This document shows, piece by piece, positions 27,267-37,491 of a stretch of 64,000 bases of DNA. The DNA is from Terriglobia bacterium (GTDB lineage: Bacteria > Acidobacteriota > Terriglobia > JAJPHL01 > JAPKYU01): assembly GCA_965206645.1 (NCBI GenBank), contig CBDBKE010000004.1:544001-608000 (forward strand). The letters are read 5' to 3'. Position 1 is the stretch's first letter. Each line of letters starts with the position of its first letter. The notes beneath the pieces are model-generated. The model ran no database searches and had not been told where the DNA came from. It worked only from the letters and a program-made list of their open reading frames with translations. Position numbers and translations under genes: made by a program.

Positions 27267-27998
27267 ATGACTCAGACCACACTCACCAGCCTAATGCTAG
27301 GGCTTGCCGCAGCCACCGCCAATGTTGTCGGCGGGCTCATTGTCGCGCAAATTCACTGGGCCCGCCCCTCATTGCGCTATTTCTTGGCCCTTGGCTCCGG
27401 CTTCATGCTGGCGACGGCCATTGTGGAGATGGTGCCGGTGAGTTTCCGGTTACTGGGGGACCGCGCCGCCTTTCTGATCCTGTTGGGCTACCTGCTGGTG
27501 CATTTCTTCGAGCACTCCATCCATGCGCACTTTCACTTCGGCGAAGAAACTCACCACGAGGAACTGGTTCAGCCACGCGTGAGCACCAGCGTGCTGGGCG
27601 GTCTGATGATTCACAGCTTGTTTGACGGCATCGCCATCGCCAGCGGGTTTCTGGTCTCGCCCTGGTTGGGCTCGGTCATCTTTCTGGCCGTTTTTCTGCA
27701 CAAGATGCCCGAGGGGTTCACTGTGGCCTCCGTGATGCTGGCCGCCGGTCGCAGCCAGCGCGCGGCACAGGGTGCCTCCCTCCTGCTTGGGGCGGCGACG
27801 CTGGCCGGGGTGCTGGCTATGCTCCTATTCCGGCCGGGCGTCGGCTACGCCTTGTCTCTTTCGGCGGGAGTCACTGTTTACGTCGCTGCTAGCGACCTGA
27901 TCCCGGAAGTCAACCGCGAGCCCGGTATCCGCCTGGCATTTGTGGTTTTTGGAGGGGTAGCACTGCTTCTAGCGCTGAAGTTTGTCTTTCAGCCGTGA
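27267..27998 (+). CDS. ZIP-family metal transporter
   Basis: HAHFHFGEETHH loop, HSLFDG, LHKMPEG, YVAASDLIPE. Confidence 0.9.
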   Translation: MTQTTLTSLMLGLAAATANVVGGLIVAQIHWARPSLRYFLALGSGFMLATAIVEMVPVSFRLLGDRAAFLILLGYLLVHFFEHSIHAHFHFGEETHHEELVQPRVSTSVLGGLMIHSLFDGIAIASGFLVSPWLGSVIFLAVFLHKMPEGFTVASVMLAAGRSQRAAQGASLLLGAATLAGVLAMLLFRPGVGYALSLSAGVTVYVAASDLIPEVNREPGIRLAFVVFGGVALLLALKFVFQP

Positions 27999-28106
27999 AC
28001 GCTACCCACAAAAGCGGCCCCGCCGCTGCGCTCGGGATGACGTTGAAGAGCACCGGAGAGACCTGTCAATAAGAGGACACAGGCGAAACACACGGGGTAC
28101 AATGGA

Positions 28107-28943
28107 GTGTTGACTGCGCGGCGTTCTCCTCTTGCTGTGAAACTGGTGGTTCTGAAACTACCGCTTCTGAAGCTGCCGGTTCTGAAACTGGTGGTGTCCG
28201 CCCTCCTGCTGGTGTCGCTTCCTACGGCCGCCGCACCGGTTTCTCCTGCCGACCTGCAGCATCGCGGATACGTCAACGACTTTGCCGAGGTCATTGATCC
28301 GCAGTGGGAGCAGCGGCTTACCCAATTGCTCACCGTACTGGACCAAAAGACCAAGGCGCAGATTGCCGTGGTCACCCTGGCGTCGCTCGAAGGAGATCCA
28401 ATCGAGGACTTCGCCACGCGCCTGTTCGAAGTGTGGGGGGTCGGCCACAAGGACGATCGGGGCGCGTTGCTGTTGCTGGTGATCCAGGACCGCAAGTCGC
28501 GGCTCGAAGTTGGCTACGGCCTGGAACCCATCATCCCGGATGGCTACGCGGGAAGCCTGCTGCGCGAAATGAGGCCGGCGCTGCGCCAGCAACAGTACGG
28601 TGAGGCCGTGTACGCCGGCGTGCTACTGCTGTCGGAACGGATTGCGGCGGAGGCCGGTGTTAAACTGGAAGGGGCAGGAATCGCGCCGCCCCAGCAGCGA
28701 CGCCGCGCACGGCGGCGGAGCCCTCTGGGGTCCTTGCTGTCGCTGGTTGCCATGTTGGCGTTCGGCATCATGCCCTGGTGGATGCCGGGGATGGGGTTCG
28801 GCTACAGGCGCCGCCGTAGAGGCGGCCTGCTGCTGGGCGGCTTTGGCGGTTTCGGCGGCTATGACCGCGGTGGTTTTGGCGGTGGCTTCGGAGGTTTTGG
28901 AGGCGGGCTCAGTGGAGGTGGTGGCGCGAGCTCCAGTTGGTAG
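28107..28943 (+). CDS. TPM-domain (DUF477) membrane protein
   Basis: YVNDFA, QIAVVT, WGVG..DDRGALLLL, RLEVGYGLE, Gly-rich tail GGGGASSSW. Confidence 0.92.
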   Translation: MLTARRSPLAVKLVVLKLPLLKLPVLKLVVSALLLVSLPTAAAPVSPADLQHRGYVNDFAEVIDPQWEQRLTQLLTVLDQKTKAQIAVVTLASLEGDPIEDFATRLFEVWGVGHKDDRGALLLLVIQDRKSRLEVGYGLEPIIPDGYAGSLLREMRPALRQQQYGEAVYAGVLLLSERIAAEAGVKLEGAGIAPPQQRRRARRRSPLGSLLSLVAMLAFGIMPWWMPGMGFGYRRRRRGGLLLGGFGGFGGYDRGGFGGGFGGFGGGLSGGGGASSSW

Positions 28944-28966
28944 CAAGGGTGCCGGCAGGCTGAGGC

Positions 28967-29731
28967 ATGAACACCGAGAAGCTTCTTTCTCAATTGGTGA
29001 AGCGCTTAGAGCAGGCCTACGGACCCGACCTGCGTAGCGTAGTGCTGTACGGGTCGGCGGCGGCCGGCGATTTCCACGAGAAGTATTCGGACTTGAACGT
29101 CCTCTGCGTGCTCCGCGACTTGGGCGTGGAGAGTCTGCAGAAGGCTGAGCAGACCGCCCACTGGTGGCGCGGCCTCGGCAATCCGGCCCCATTGCTGTGG
29201 TCTGAGAAGGAACTGGCGACCGCCTCGGATGCCTTCCCCATCGAGTTTCTCGACCTCAGAGAGCAGCACCGCGTGTTGCACGGCGAGGAACTGGTGGCTG
29301 GAATCACCATCGATCCGGCCTTCCATCGCGTGCAGGTGGAGCACGAGCTGCGCACCAAGCTGCTGGCCTTGCGGCAGCGCTACCTGGGCATCTACCGCGA
29401 CCAAAAGATGGTGATCAAGCTGATGGTGGATGCCCTGCCCAGCTTTGTCACCCTGTTCCGGCACGCGCTGATCCTGGCAGGCCAGACCGCACTGGCTGGC
29501 GCGGCGCCTCCGGAAACGGCTCCGACCCGGAAGCGCCAGGTTCTGGAGGCGGCTGGGCGCCGCTTCGGGATTGATCCCGCCCCCTTCCTGGCCGTGCTGG
29601 AGGTGAGGGAAGGCAAGCGGAAGCTCCACTCAGGCGAAGCCGCCTCGACGTTCCAGGGATACTACGCGGACGTCGGTCGCGTTTGCGAACAGGTGGATTC
29701 CCTGTTGAAAGAAAGGGCCAAAACTCCATGA
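28967..29731 (+). CDS. Pol-beta-superfamily nucleotidyltransferase-domain protein
   Basis: SVVLYGSAAAGDFHEKYSDLNVL, DAFPIEFLD, VLHGE. Confidence 0.75.
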   Translation: MNTEKLLSQLVKRLEQAYGPDLRSVVLYGSAAAGDFHEKYSDLNVLCVLRDLGVESLQKAEQTAHWWRGLGNPAPLLWSEKELATASDAFPIEFLDLREQHRVLHGEELVAGITIDPAFHRVQVEHELRTKLLALRQRYLGIYRDQKMVIKLMVDALPSFVTLFRHALILAGQTALAGAAPPETAPTRKRQVLEAAGRRFGIDPAPFLAVLEVREGKRKLHSGEAASTFQGYYADVGRVCEQVDSLLKERAKTP

Positions 29732-30312
29732 AGAAAGCTTGGATAGCCGTGTTGGTGGTGCTGGGGACGCTTCTGGTCACTGCCCTGGCCTTCGGTTCGC
29801 TTTACTTCGGTCGGCGCAACGATATGGTTCGGCACCAGGAAGCCGTCCAGGCGGCCTGGGCCCAGGTGGACGTGGTCCTTAAGCGCCGCGCCGACTTGAT
29901 TCCCAACCTGGTGGAGACCGTGAAGGGCTTCGCGGCCCATGAGCAGAAAGCGATCCAGGCAGTGACTCAGGCGCGAGCGGCCCTCATCGGCGCCCGCACT
30001 CCTCAGCAGCGCATTGGCGCCAATGCACGCCTGGACGGCGCCTTGGGCCGCCTGTTGGTGGTGGTGGAAAACTATCCCAACTTGAAGGCCAACGAGACCT
30101 TCCTGCGACTGCAGGACGAGCTCGCTGGCTCGGAAAACCGCATCGCGGTAGAACGCCGCCGCTACAACCAGGCGGTGCAGGTCTACAACACCTACATTCG
30201 GTTGTTTCCCAACAACTTGGTGGCCGGCTTCAGCGGATTCGAGCGCAACGATGCCTATTTCGAGGCCGAGGAAAGCGCCCGCGCCGTGCCGGAAGTGCAG
30301 TTTGCGCAGTAG
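29728..30312 (+). CDS. lemA: LemA family protein
   Basis: N-terminal TM helix, RRADLIPNLVETVKG, ENYPNLKA, ENRIAVERRRYN. Confidence 0.95.
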   Translation: MKKAWIAVLVVLGTLLVTALAFGSLYFGRRNDMVRHQEAVQAAWAQVDVVLKRRADLIPNLVETVKGFAAHEQKAIQAVTQARAALIGARTPQQRIGANARLDGALGRLLVVVENYPNLKANETFLRLQDELAGSENRIAVERRRYNQAVQVYNTYIRLFPNNLVAGFSGFERNDAYFEAEESARAVPEVQFAQ

Positions 30313-30416
30313 CTTTTCGGAGCAGCCGGGAGACTGCCGGCTTGCGCTCGAGGCCTGACCGTGCAATTTAGGCGCAACTTACTTTCTCCCGTAGGGTTTA
30401 GCGGAGTGTGAGGGCA

Positions 30417-31031
30417 ATGGCGCTGGAGCACGATGCGCAGCTAATGCTCAGCGTGAAGGAAGGAGACGAGGCTTCCTTCGCCCTGCTGCTGGCGCGCTAC
30501 CGCACCCCGGTCATGAACTTCATCTACCGGATGGTGCAGAACCAGCCCGTTGCCGAGGAGCTGGCCCAGGAGGTGTTCCTGCGGGTGTGCCGGGCTCGGA
30601 ACGGCTACGCACCAAGTGCCAAGTTCACCACCTGGCTGTTCCGGATCGCCACGCACCTTGCGCTGAACGCCATCCGCGACAACCGCGGCGAGCGGGTGAC
30701 GGACAGCCTGGACGAGGAACAGACGCCTGCCGCCGCCGTGGCCGACCGGCGGGCCAGCGTCGAACAGGTACTGCTGGAGGAAGCGCGGCTGATGGAAGTC
30801 CGGCGCGCCGTTCAGGCGCTGCCGGCCAAGCAGCGTGCGGCGGTCCTGATGCACAAGTACGAGGAGATGGAGTACGCGCAGATCGCCCAGGTGCTGGGCT
30901 GCTCCGAATCGGCGGTGAAGTCGCTGCTGTTTCGGGCTTACGAAACATTGCGCCAGAAGCTTGCTCATTTTGCTCCGAGCGCCCCAACTGGCGCGCCTTT
31001 GGCCAACAGGGGCTCGGTGTGCAAGCCATGA
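30417..31031 (+). CDS. ECF sigma-70 factor
   Basis: AEELAQEVFLRV, FTTWLFRIATH, YAQIAQVLGCSESAVKSLLFRA. Confidence 0.92.
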   Translation: MALEHDAQLMLSVKEGDEASFALLLARYRTPVMNFIYRMVQNQPVAEELAQEVFLRVCRARNGYAPSAKFTTWLFRIATHLALNAIRDNRGERVTDSLDEEQTPAAAVADRRASVEQVLLEEARLMEVRRAVQALPAKQRAAVLMHKYEEMEYAQIAQVLGCSESAVKSLLFRAYETLRQKLAHFAPSAPTGAPLANRGSVCKP

Positions 31032-31071
31032 CGAGGTTCCCCATGACGAGGCTCCCCGTAACGAGGCTCCA

Positions 31072-31629
31072 ATGAACTGCGCCAAACTGGAAACACTTTG
31101 GCTTCCCTACCTGGACGGCAAGCTTTCCTCCCAGGAGCGTGCCCTGGTGGAAGCCCATCTGGCCCAGTGCTCTGCCTGCGCGGAGCAGATGGAAGGCTTC
31201 CGGCAGGTTTCGCAGTTGCTGGAGAGCTGGCAGGCTCCGGCAGCCTCGCCCTGGTTCGAGGCACGGCTTCGCCAGAAGGTCGCTGAGGAGGCCGCGCCGC
31301 GAGGCCTGGCCGGCTGGCTGCTGGCTCCGCTGACCAGTTTCCCCGTCAGCGCCTCCGTCAGCGTGGCCGTCCTGCTGTTACTGGCAGCCCTGCTCATCTC
31401 GAGCGGCGGGACACGCCGGTCGCCGGAGCCGGACCTGATCGTAAGCGACGTCCAGGTGGACGAACTACTGCAGGTTGTTGAGGAGGGTGACCTCTACGTG
31501 CAGCTTCAGGCAGCGCTCCAGGAAAACTCAACCGACGAGCTGCTGAACCTCATGGCGGAAGTTGAACTGCTCGATGAATTCGAAGTGCTGGGCGAGTTAC
31601 AGAAACCTGTTCAGGGACAGTGGCGGTAA
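31072..31629 (+). CDS. Zinc-finger (HxxxCxxC) anti-sigma factor
   Basis: MNC...YLDGKL...HLAQCSAC, one TM helix. Confidence 0.85.
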   Translation: MNCAKLETLWLPYLDGKLSSQERALVEAHLAQCSACAEQMEGFRQVSQLLESWQAPAASPWFEARLRQKVAEEAAPRGLAGWLLAPLTSFPVSASVSVAVLLLLAALLISSGGTRRSPEPDLIVSDVQVDELLQVVEEGDLYVQLQAALQENSTDELLNLMAEVELLDEFEVLGELQKPVQGQWR

Positions 31630-31642
31630 GTTGCGTTGGGTT

Positions 31643-32317
31643 ATGAACAGATTGAAAACCCTAGCCGGTGTGAGTCTGATGCTGCTGGCCGGAACCTGTT
31701 TGCTAGCCGCGCAGGGTGCCGAACAGCAACCTGAACCCGCTGAGCAGGGACCAGCACGGGCTGAGCCGCGGGACTATTTCATTGGACACCCGAGTGACCG
31801 GCCTCACCCGCCCCCAGGGCTGCGGCCTCGCCGGGGACCCGATTTCCAGCGGCACCCACGAGGTCGGGGAAGCCGCGGCCACCACCGCCGGCATGGCCCG
31901 CACCTGCCGGGCTTGCTGTTCCGCCTTGGAGAGAAACCTCCGGAGGAGCAACAGCGCATCCTGCAGGCCATCCCGCGCTTCCGTCGCCTCCCCCCGAGAG
32001 TGCAGCGGCACTTCCGTGAAAAGTTACGGCGCTTTAATGCGATGACCCCGGAACAGCGCCAGCGCTTCCGCGGGCGGTACGAAACTTTCCACCGCTTGCC
32101 TCCCGAGGCCCGGGACCGGATTCGCCGGGACGTCTTCCCTGCCTGGAGACACCTGCCGCGGGAGCGTCGTCAGGCGCTGATGAAAGAATTTCGCCTCCTG
32201 CGCAGGATGCCCCCTGCCGAGCGCGAGCGCCGCTTCGGCGAGGAGACTTTCGGCAAACGCTTCTCCCCCAAAGAGCAGCGCCTGCTGCGCCACCTCGTTA
32301 CCCTTCCCTCGTCTTAA
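31643..32317 (+). CDS. DUF3106-like secreted protein
   Basis: Signal peptide and repeated F/W-x-x-L-P-P-E helices; third gene of the ECF module. Confidence 0.7.
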   Translation: MNRLKTLAGVSLMLLAGTCLLAAQGAEQQPEPAEQGPARAEPRDYFIGHPSDRPHPPPGLRPRRGPDFQRHPRGRGSRGHHRRHGPHLPGLLFRLGEKPPEEQQRILQAIPRFRRLPPRVQRHFREKLRRFNAMTPEQRQRFRGRYETFHRLPPEARDRIRRDVFPAWRHLPRERRQALMKEFRLLRRMPPAERERRFGEETFGKRFSPKEQRLLRHLVTLPSS

Positions 32318-32407
32318 TCCGACAGGATCAGTGGGAATTGCCGGAAATTGCGCGGAAACTGAACGCAGCGTCCGGCCCCACGCTGGATAGGAAGGAAGGC
32401 AGCTTGT

Positions 32408-33838
32408 TCAGTGCCGGAGCGGGGGGCTGGCTGAGGCTTGGGCGGATACCCGAACTTCCATGCAGGGCCGAGCTGAGGGGAACATTTTTTCCGGGTTCAA
32501 GTTGCCGGCCGGGTTGAAGACCTCCCGGATCCGCGACATCACTCCCAGGTCGTCGTCGCTGAACAGGGCCGGCATCAGATCCCGCTTCTCCAGTCCCACG
32601 CCATGCTCTCCGGTGATAGAGCCGCCGACCTGGATGCAATAGTTCAAGATCTCCGTTCCGGCCGCCACCACTTTTTCGTAGTCACCCGGACGGCGGCCGT
32701 CAAACAGGATGAGCGGGTGCAGGTTGCCGTCGCCAGCGTGGAAGATGTTGCAGATGGTCAGCCCGTAGCGCTGGCTGGCTTCCTGGATGACCCGCATCGC
32801 CTCGGGCAGCTTGCTGCGCGGGACCACACCGTCTTGCACGTAGAAGTGAGTGGCCACGCGGCCGATGGCGCCGAAGGCGTTCTTGCGCCCCATCCAGAGC
32901 AACTCGCGCTCGCGCTCGCTACGCGCCACCCGCACCTCTCGCGCACCGCAATGGCCGCAGACTTCGGCCACCTGCTCGACCTGCCACTCGACTTGCTCCT
33001 GCAGCCCTTCTAGCTCAATCAGCAGCGCCGCGCCGGCATCCTGCGGGTAGCCCGCGTGGCAGTACTGCTCGACGATCCGAAGCGTGTGGTCGTCCAACAT
33101 TTCCAGCGCGGCCGGGGTAATGGTGCGCGCGGTGATCTCGGCCACGGCGCGGCTGGCATCATCCACCGAGTGGAAAACACCCAGCAGGGTCTTCACCGCC
33201 TCATGTGCCCGCAGCAACCGCACCACCACCTGGGTGACAATACCCAGGGTGCCCTCCGAACCAACCAGCAGTCCCGTCAGGTCGTAGCCGGGAAGATCCA
33301 GCTCTTTTCCGCCGGTGTGGATCACGCTCCCGTCGGGCAGCACGACCTCTAGGCCCACCACATGGTTGGTAGTGACCCCGTAGGCGAGCGTGTGCGGGCC
33401 GCCGGCATTCTCGGCCACGTTGCCGCCGATGGTGCAGGCCTTCTGGCTGGATGGGTCCGGCGCGAAGAAGTACCCCGAGGGTAGCACCGCCTGGGTGATG
33501 TCCAGGTTCACCACTCCCGCTTGAACCACGGCGCGGAAGTTCTCCAGGTCCAGCTCCACGATGCGGTTCATGCGCGAGAAGCCGATGACAATGCCGCCAC
33601 TAATGGGAATGGCGCCACCGCTGAGTCCGGTACCGGCGCCGCGCGCCACCAGCGGCACCCCTTGGCGCGCTGCCAGCTTCACCACCTCTACCACCTGCCC
33701 CGTTGTGCGTGGGAACACCACCGTGTCCGGCGTGGACTTGCTCGCGCCGCCGTCATACTCATAAAGCATCAGATCTTCGGGCTGGTGGAGGACGGCCTCA
33801 GGCCCCAGGATCTCCTGAAGCTGCTGAACAAGCAGCAT
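32408..33838 (-). CDS. glcD: FAD-linked oxidase, glycolate oxidase subunit GlcD-like
   Basis: RGAGTGLSGG, PDPSSQ..CTIGGNVAENAGG, GSEGTLG, HAGDGNLHP, GEHGVG. Confidence 0.85.
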   Translation of the reverse strand: MLLVQQLQEILGPEAVLHQPEDLMLYEYDGGASKSTPDTVVFPRTTGQVVEVVKLAARQGVPLVARGAGTGLSGGAIPISGGIVIGFSRMNRIVELDLENFRAVVQAGVVNLDITQAVLPSGYFFAPDPSSQKACTIGGNVAENAGGPHTLAYGVTTNHVVGLEVVLPDGSVIHTGGKELDLPGYDLTGLLVGSEGTLGIVTQVVVRLLRAHEAVKTLLGVFHSVDDASRAVAEITARTITPAALEMLDDHTLRIVEQYCHAGYPQDAGAALLIELEGLQEQVEWQVEQVAEVCGHCGAREVRVARSERERELLWMGRKNAFGAIGRVATHFYVQDGVVPRSKLPEAMRVIQEASQRYGLTICNIFHAGDGNLHPLILFDGRRPGDYEKVVAAGTEILNYCIQVGGSITGEHGVGLEKRDLMPALFSDDDLGVMSRIREVFNPAGNLNPEKMFPSARPCMEVRVSAQASASPPLRH

Positions 33839-33887
33839 ACGAACCTTATTGTATCACCCACGCCGTAGCGGCCACCGTCAGTGCCTG

Positions 33888-34568
33888 TCAGGAACGCGCT
33901 GGGGTTAGGCGGGGGTTAGACCGCATGGCGCTTGACTTCCCCACCAGGTGGTCGGCCAGCCGGGTGGGACGCGGCAGGCGATAGCCATCGCCGCAGGCCA
34001 GGACAAAACGGATGGCGCTCGAGAGCGACACCCGGTGCCCCACGGAGACAAAAATGGGGCGCACACCGGTGCGGGATCGCAGCGCCGCGCCGATCACCCG
34101 GCCGCGGTCGCGCAGATGGGTCACGGCGCCGCGGGTGCCTCCCAGCTGGCCGTGTCGGCCAACCAGAATGGATTTGGCACAGCCAACCGTGGGCAGCTCC
34201 AGCGTCAGGCCCAGGTGGGACACCAAGCCGCAGCGGCGCGGGTGAGCATAGCCGTGCCCGTCCACCAGCAGCAGGTCGGGGCGCGTGTGCAACCCGGCCA
34301 CTGCGTCGGCCACCGCCGGCGCTTCGCGAAAGGTCAGCAACCCGGGCACGTAGGGGAACAGAATCGGGCGGCAAACCCAGGAGCGCTCCACTTCTTCCAG
34401 CGAGGGAAACCGAAACACCAGCACTGCAGCGTAGGCCAGACGCCGCACGGGGTCAAAGGCTACGTCCGCGCCGGCGACGTAGCGTACCTTGCCAAAGGCG
34501 TCGCGGCGCACGACGCTATGACGTAGCTGCTCTTGCAAAGCGACAGCGGCGGTGGTGCTCAAGGGCAT
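33888..34568 (-). CDS. nfi: Endonuclease V
   Basis: VAGADV, FPYVPGLLTFRE, LVDGHGYAHPRRCG, GCAKS, RLPRPTRLAD. Confidence 0.93.
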   Translation of the reverse strand: MPLSTTAAVALQEQLRHSVVRRDAFGKVRYVAGADVAFDPVRRLAYAAVLVFRFPSLEEVERSWVCRPILFPYVPGLLTFREAPAVADAVAGLHTRPDLLLVDGHGYAHPRRCGLVSHLGLTLELPTVGCAKSILVGRHGQLGGTRGAVTHLRDRGRVIGAALRSRTGVRPIFVSVGHRVSLSSAIRFVLACGDGYRLPRPTRLADHLVGKSSAMRSNPRLTPARS

Positions 34569-34831
34569 GTTAGAGTTTGGGCGCCGAGCCTCAGAAAATG
34601 TTTGTGCTCGGCCGCAATCGAGTGTAGCTTAGCAGCTTCGTGCAGGAAACCCGACAGCTCCCGAAGAGGCGGGGATCTCGAGAATGCTCCTGGAGCGCCA
34701 TCTCGGCGTCTTTTGCCAGTCCTGCTACCAGCCCTGCTGCCGGCCCTGCTGCTTGCGGGTTGCTCCTTTGTGAGTGACCGCGGAGCGCGTGGAATCGAAC
34801 TCGTGCGGGAGAACAAGCACCTAGGTTCACG

Positions 34832-35533
34832 ATGACGCCTGACAGCTTAGAGTTGCGCGGCCGGCGCTTGCAATTGTTTTCCAGCCACCTGACGCAGCGC
34901 GTTTACGATCGCGCGGCACCACTGTATCCGCTCACAGCCTTGCTGTTCCACAGCCGCGCTCACCGCCGGGCTCTCGAACTAGCCGGCCCTCTGGAAGGAC
35001 GAACCGTGTTGGAAGTGGCCGTCGGTTCCGGCGATCTGTTCCGAAAGCTGCTGAAGCGCAACCGAACCGGACTGAGTGTAGGCGTGGACCTCTCCCCGGG
35101 CATGGTCTCAGTAACGAAGAGGCGGCTGAACGGCGCCCATGGCCGCAACGGCAGCCGAAACAACGGCTACGGACAGTTCTCGCTGCAGGCGGTGGATGCG
35201 CGCCAGATGCCCTTCCCTTCGGGCACCTTCGATGCCCTGTTCAACTGCTACCTGTTTTGTCTGCTCTCCCCAGGTGACATACAGCGCACCATCAGCGAAT
35301 TCCACCGCGTGCTGCGGCCGGGCGGCAAGCTGCTAATGGTGAACGACGGCGAGGGCAGCCGCGCGTTCAACGCCATCTATGGCTCCCTGGGCTCCGCCGT
35401 GCCTTCTTATTGGGGCCGCCGGGTGGCCGCCCAGGTGCCAGGCTTCTTGGAGGACGGCGGCTTTCGCATCCGGCACCATGAGGTGGTTTCCCAAACCTTC
35501 TATCCCTCCTCGGTGATCCTGGCCGAACGCTAG
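34832..35533 (+). CDS. Class I SAM-dependent methyltransferase (UbiE-like)
   Basis: VLEVAVGSG, GVDLSPGM, DARQMPF..FD, RVLRPGG. Confidence 0.85.
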   Translation: MTPDSLELRGRRLQLFSSHLTQRVYDRAAPLYPLTALLFHSRAHRRALELAGPLEGRTVLEVAVGSGDLFRKLLKRNRTGLSVGVDLSPGMVSVTKRRLNGAHGRNGSRNNGYGQFSLQAVDARQMPFPSGTFDALFNCYLFCLLSPGDIQRTISEFHRVLRPGGKLLMVNDGEGSRAFNAIYGSLGSAVPSYWGRRVAAQVPGFLEDGGFRIRHHEVVSQTFYPSSVILAER

Positions 35534-35536
35534 GCA

Positions 35537-36316
35537 ATGCAGGCCCCGATCCGACGGTGGGTCCAGATCTTTCTGGCGGGCGCCTTGATTGTGTTCGCCC
35601 TTCGGCTGGCACATATCTTCTACCAGCGAAGCCGCCCGCCACAGCCACCGCGCTCATCCGAGGTGGCCTCCCGCCCGGTTCCCGCCGATTATTACGTCCA
35701 CATTCCGCGCGCCTATCTCTCCACCTTCCGCAGCGCGCAGAAGCTCAAAGGGAGCGTGGTCTGGATACGCGACGGCTACCGGTATGGGCACTTCCCCTTT
35801 CACGCTCGCCGGCGCCGCAGCCGCGAAATCGAGGATCCCCCGCTGCTGGCGCCGATTCAGAGAATCACCATCGCCGAGGTGGTCCGCGAGCCCACCGAAC
35901 GGCGAGGCATGGACGAAATCAACGTTATCTTCGAAGACCCGGCCGCCTCGCCAACGCTCTCGCCAACGCTCTCGCCGACGTTCTCACCAACGCTGCGCGC
36001 CATCACCATCGGGCACTGTGACCGTCGCCGTGACTCGTGCCGTTTTTACTTTGACGAGATGTTCTTCCTGAAAGACCCCAGGGAGCTTTACTCGCACTGG
36101 CCGCCGGAAGCCTGGGAAGCCGTCGGGCGCGGGGAGGTGCAAGAAGGAATGAGTGAGACGCAGATTTCGTTTGCAGTGGGCTTCGGACGCCTGCTCCCTA
36201 AGGAAACAGCCGCCGCAGAAAGTGACCGGGTGGTGGAGTTTCGGCCTCCGGGGCGTCCGCCGCTGGTGGTCACCTTTGGCGCCGACGGCAACGCCCGCCG
36301 CATCCAGGCCCAGTGA
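35537..36316 (+). CDS. Hypothetical membrane-anchored protein
   Basis: N-terminal TM helix; 3-nt gap to the upstream gene; SmpA-like GMSETQI tail. Confidence 0.7.
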   Translation: MQAPIRRWVQIFLAGALIVFALRLAHIFYQRSRPPQPPRSSEVASRPVPADYYVHIPRAYLSTFRSAQKLKGSVVWIRDGYRYGHFPFHARRRRSREIEDPPLLAPIQRITIAEVVREPTERRGMDEINVIFEDPAASPTLSPTLSPTFSPTLRAITIGHCDRRRDSCRFYFDEMFFLKDPRELYSHWPPEAWEAVGRGEVQEGMSETQISFAVGFGRLLPKETAAAESDRVVEFRPPGRPPLVVTFGADGNARRIQAQ

Positions 36317-36469
36317 AACCAGGCGCAGTGAGACTGCTGCCCCCTTCTCCCGCCGCGAGGGGAATGCGAAAGTTGATCCACTTGGGTCGGCGCCCGGCGT
36401 AAGATCTTAGGGGAAATCGGCCTTCACGCTGAATCACGTTTGGAAACGGCTACTGGCTGAGCAAGTTCC

Positions 36470-37429
36470 ATGCCGCAATTTTTTTTGGGGGTCGACGGTG
36501 GCCAGTCCTCCACCATCGCGCTCATTGGGGATGAACGCGGTGTAGTGATCGGCTACGGGGCGGCTGGCCCATCGAACCACGTGGCTGGACCGGGCGGCCG
36601 GGCGCGGTTGCGCCAGGCCCTGCTGACCTCGGTCTCCGCCGCCTGGAACAACTCCCCGTTCGGCGGAACCAAAGGGCTACCCCAGTTTGAAAGCGCTTTC
36701 TTTGGGATGGCCGGCGGGGCTGAGGACAAGGTGGTCCTCATCCGGCAGTGGATTTCGGCACGCCGCTTGGAAGTCTCCCACGACGCGGCTGGCGCACTGA
36801 TCGGAGCGACGGAAGGGCGACCCGGCATCATTGTGGTCGCCGGGACCGGCTCGATCGCCTTCGGGATGAACGGCCGTGGGAAAACAGCGCGAGCTGGCGG
36901 CTGGGGTTACTTGATTGGCGACGCCGGGAGTGGGTTGGACGTGGCACGATCGGCGCTGGTCGCGGCTCTGCGGCACGAGGAGGGCTGGGGGCCGCCGACG
37001 CAACTGCGTGAGCGCCTCCTCGCCTTCACCGGCGCGACCGGCCTCAACGAGGCACTCCACAAGTGGTACACCGCGGAGTTCCCACGCGAGCGGGTGGCAT
37101 CTTTCTCGCGGCAGGTGGATCAGGCGGCGCGCGCCGGTGACCGGGTGGCGCGCGAAATCCTGCGCTCGGGGGCCGGCGAACTGGCGCAGTTGGTGGCTCG
37201 CGTCCGCCGCCGCATCTTCCGCCCGCGAGAACATGCGCTGGTCTCCTACAGTGGCGGCGTCTTCAAGAGCACACTGGTACGGGACCGCTTCCGCCGGTTG
37301 GTCGGGCAGCAGGGCTACCACCGCGTGCTGCCGCCCGCGCTCGCCCCTGCAACCGGCGCCCTGCTGGCCGCCTATCGCAACGCCGGCCGGGCCGACGTCA
37401 AGCTACGAAACGTGCCGCCGGAGTTGTAG
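36470..37429 (+). CDS. BadF/BadG/BcrA/BcrD-type sugar kinase (N-acetylglucosamine kinase-like)
   Basis: LGVDGGQSST, VVAGTGS, AGGWGYLIGDAGSG. Confidence 0.88.
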   Translation: MPQFFLGVDGGQSSTIALIGDERGVVIGYGAAGPSNHVAGPGGRARLRQALLTSVSAAWNNSPFGGTKGLPQFESAFFGMAGGAEDKVVLIRQWISARRLEVSHDAAGALIGATEGRPGIIVVAGTGSIAFGMNGRGKTARAGGWGYLIGDAGSGLDVARSALVAALRHEEGWGPPTQLRERLLAFTGATGLNEALHKWYTAEFPRERVASFSRQVDQAARAGDRVAREILRSGAGELAQLVARVRRRIFRPREHALVSYSGGVFKSTLVRDRFRRLVGQQGYHRVLPPALAPATGALLAAYRNAGRADVKLRNVPPEL

Positions 37430-37491
37430 CGCGCCCTGTCCCACAGGGCAGCTCAGCTGCTGTGGCAACCCGCCTTGGCTTGGCGGCTGGG

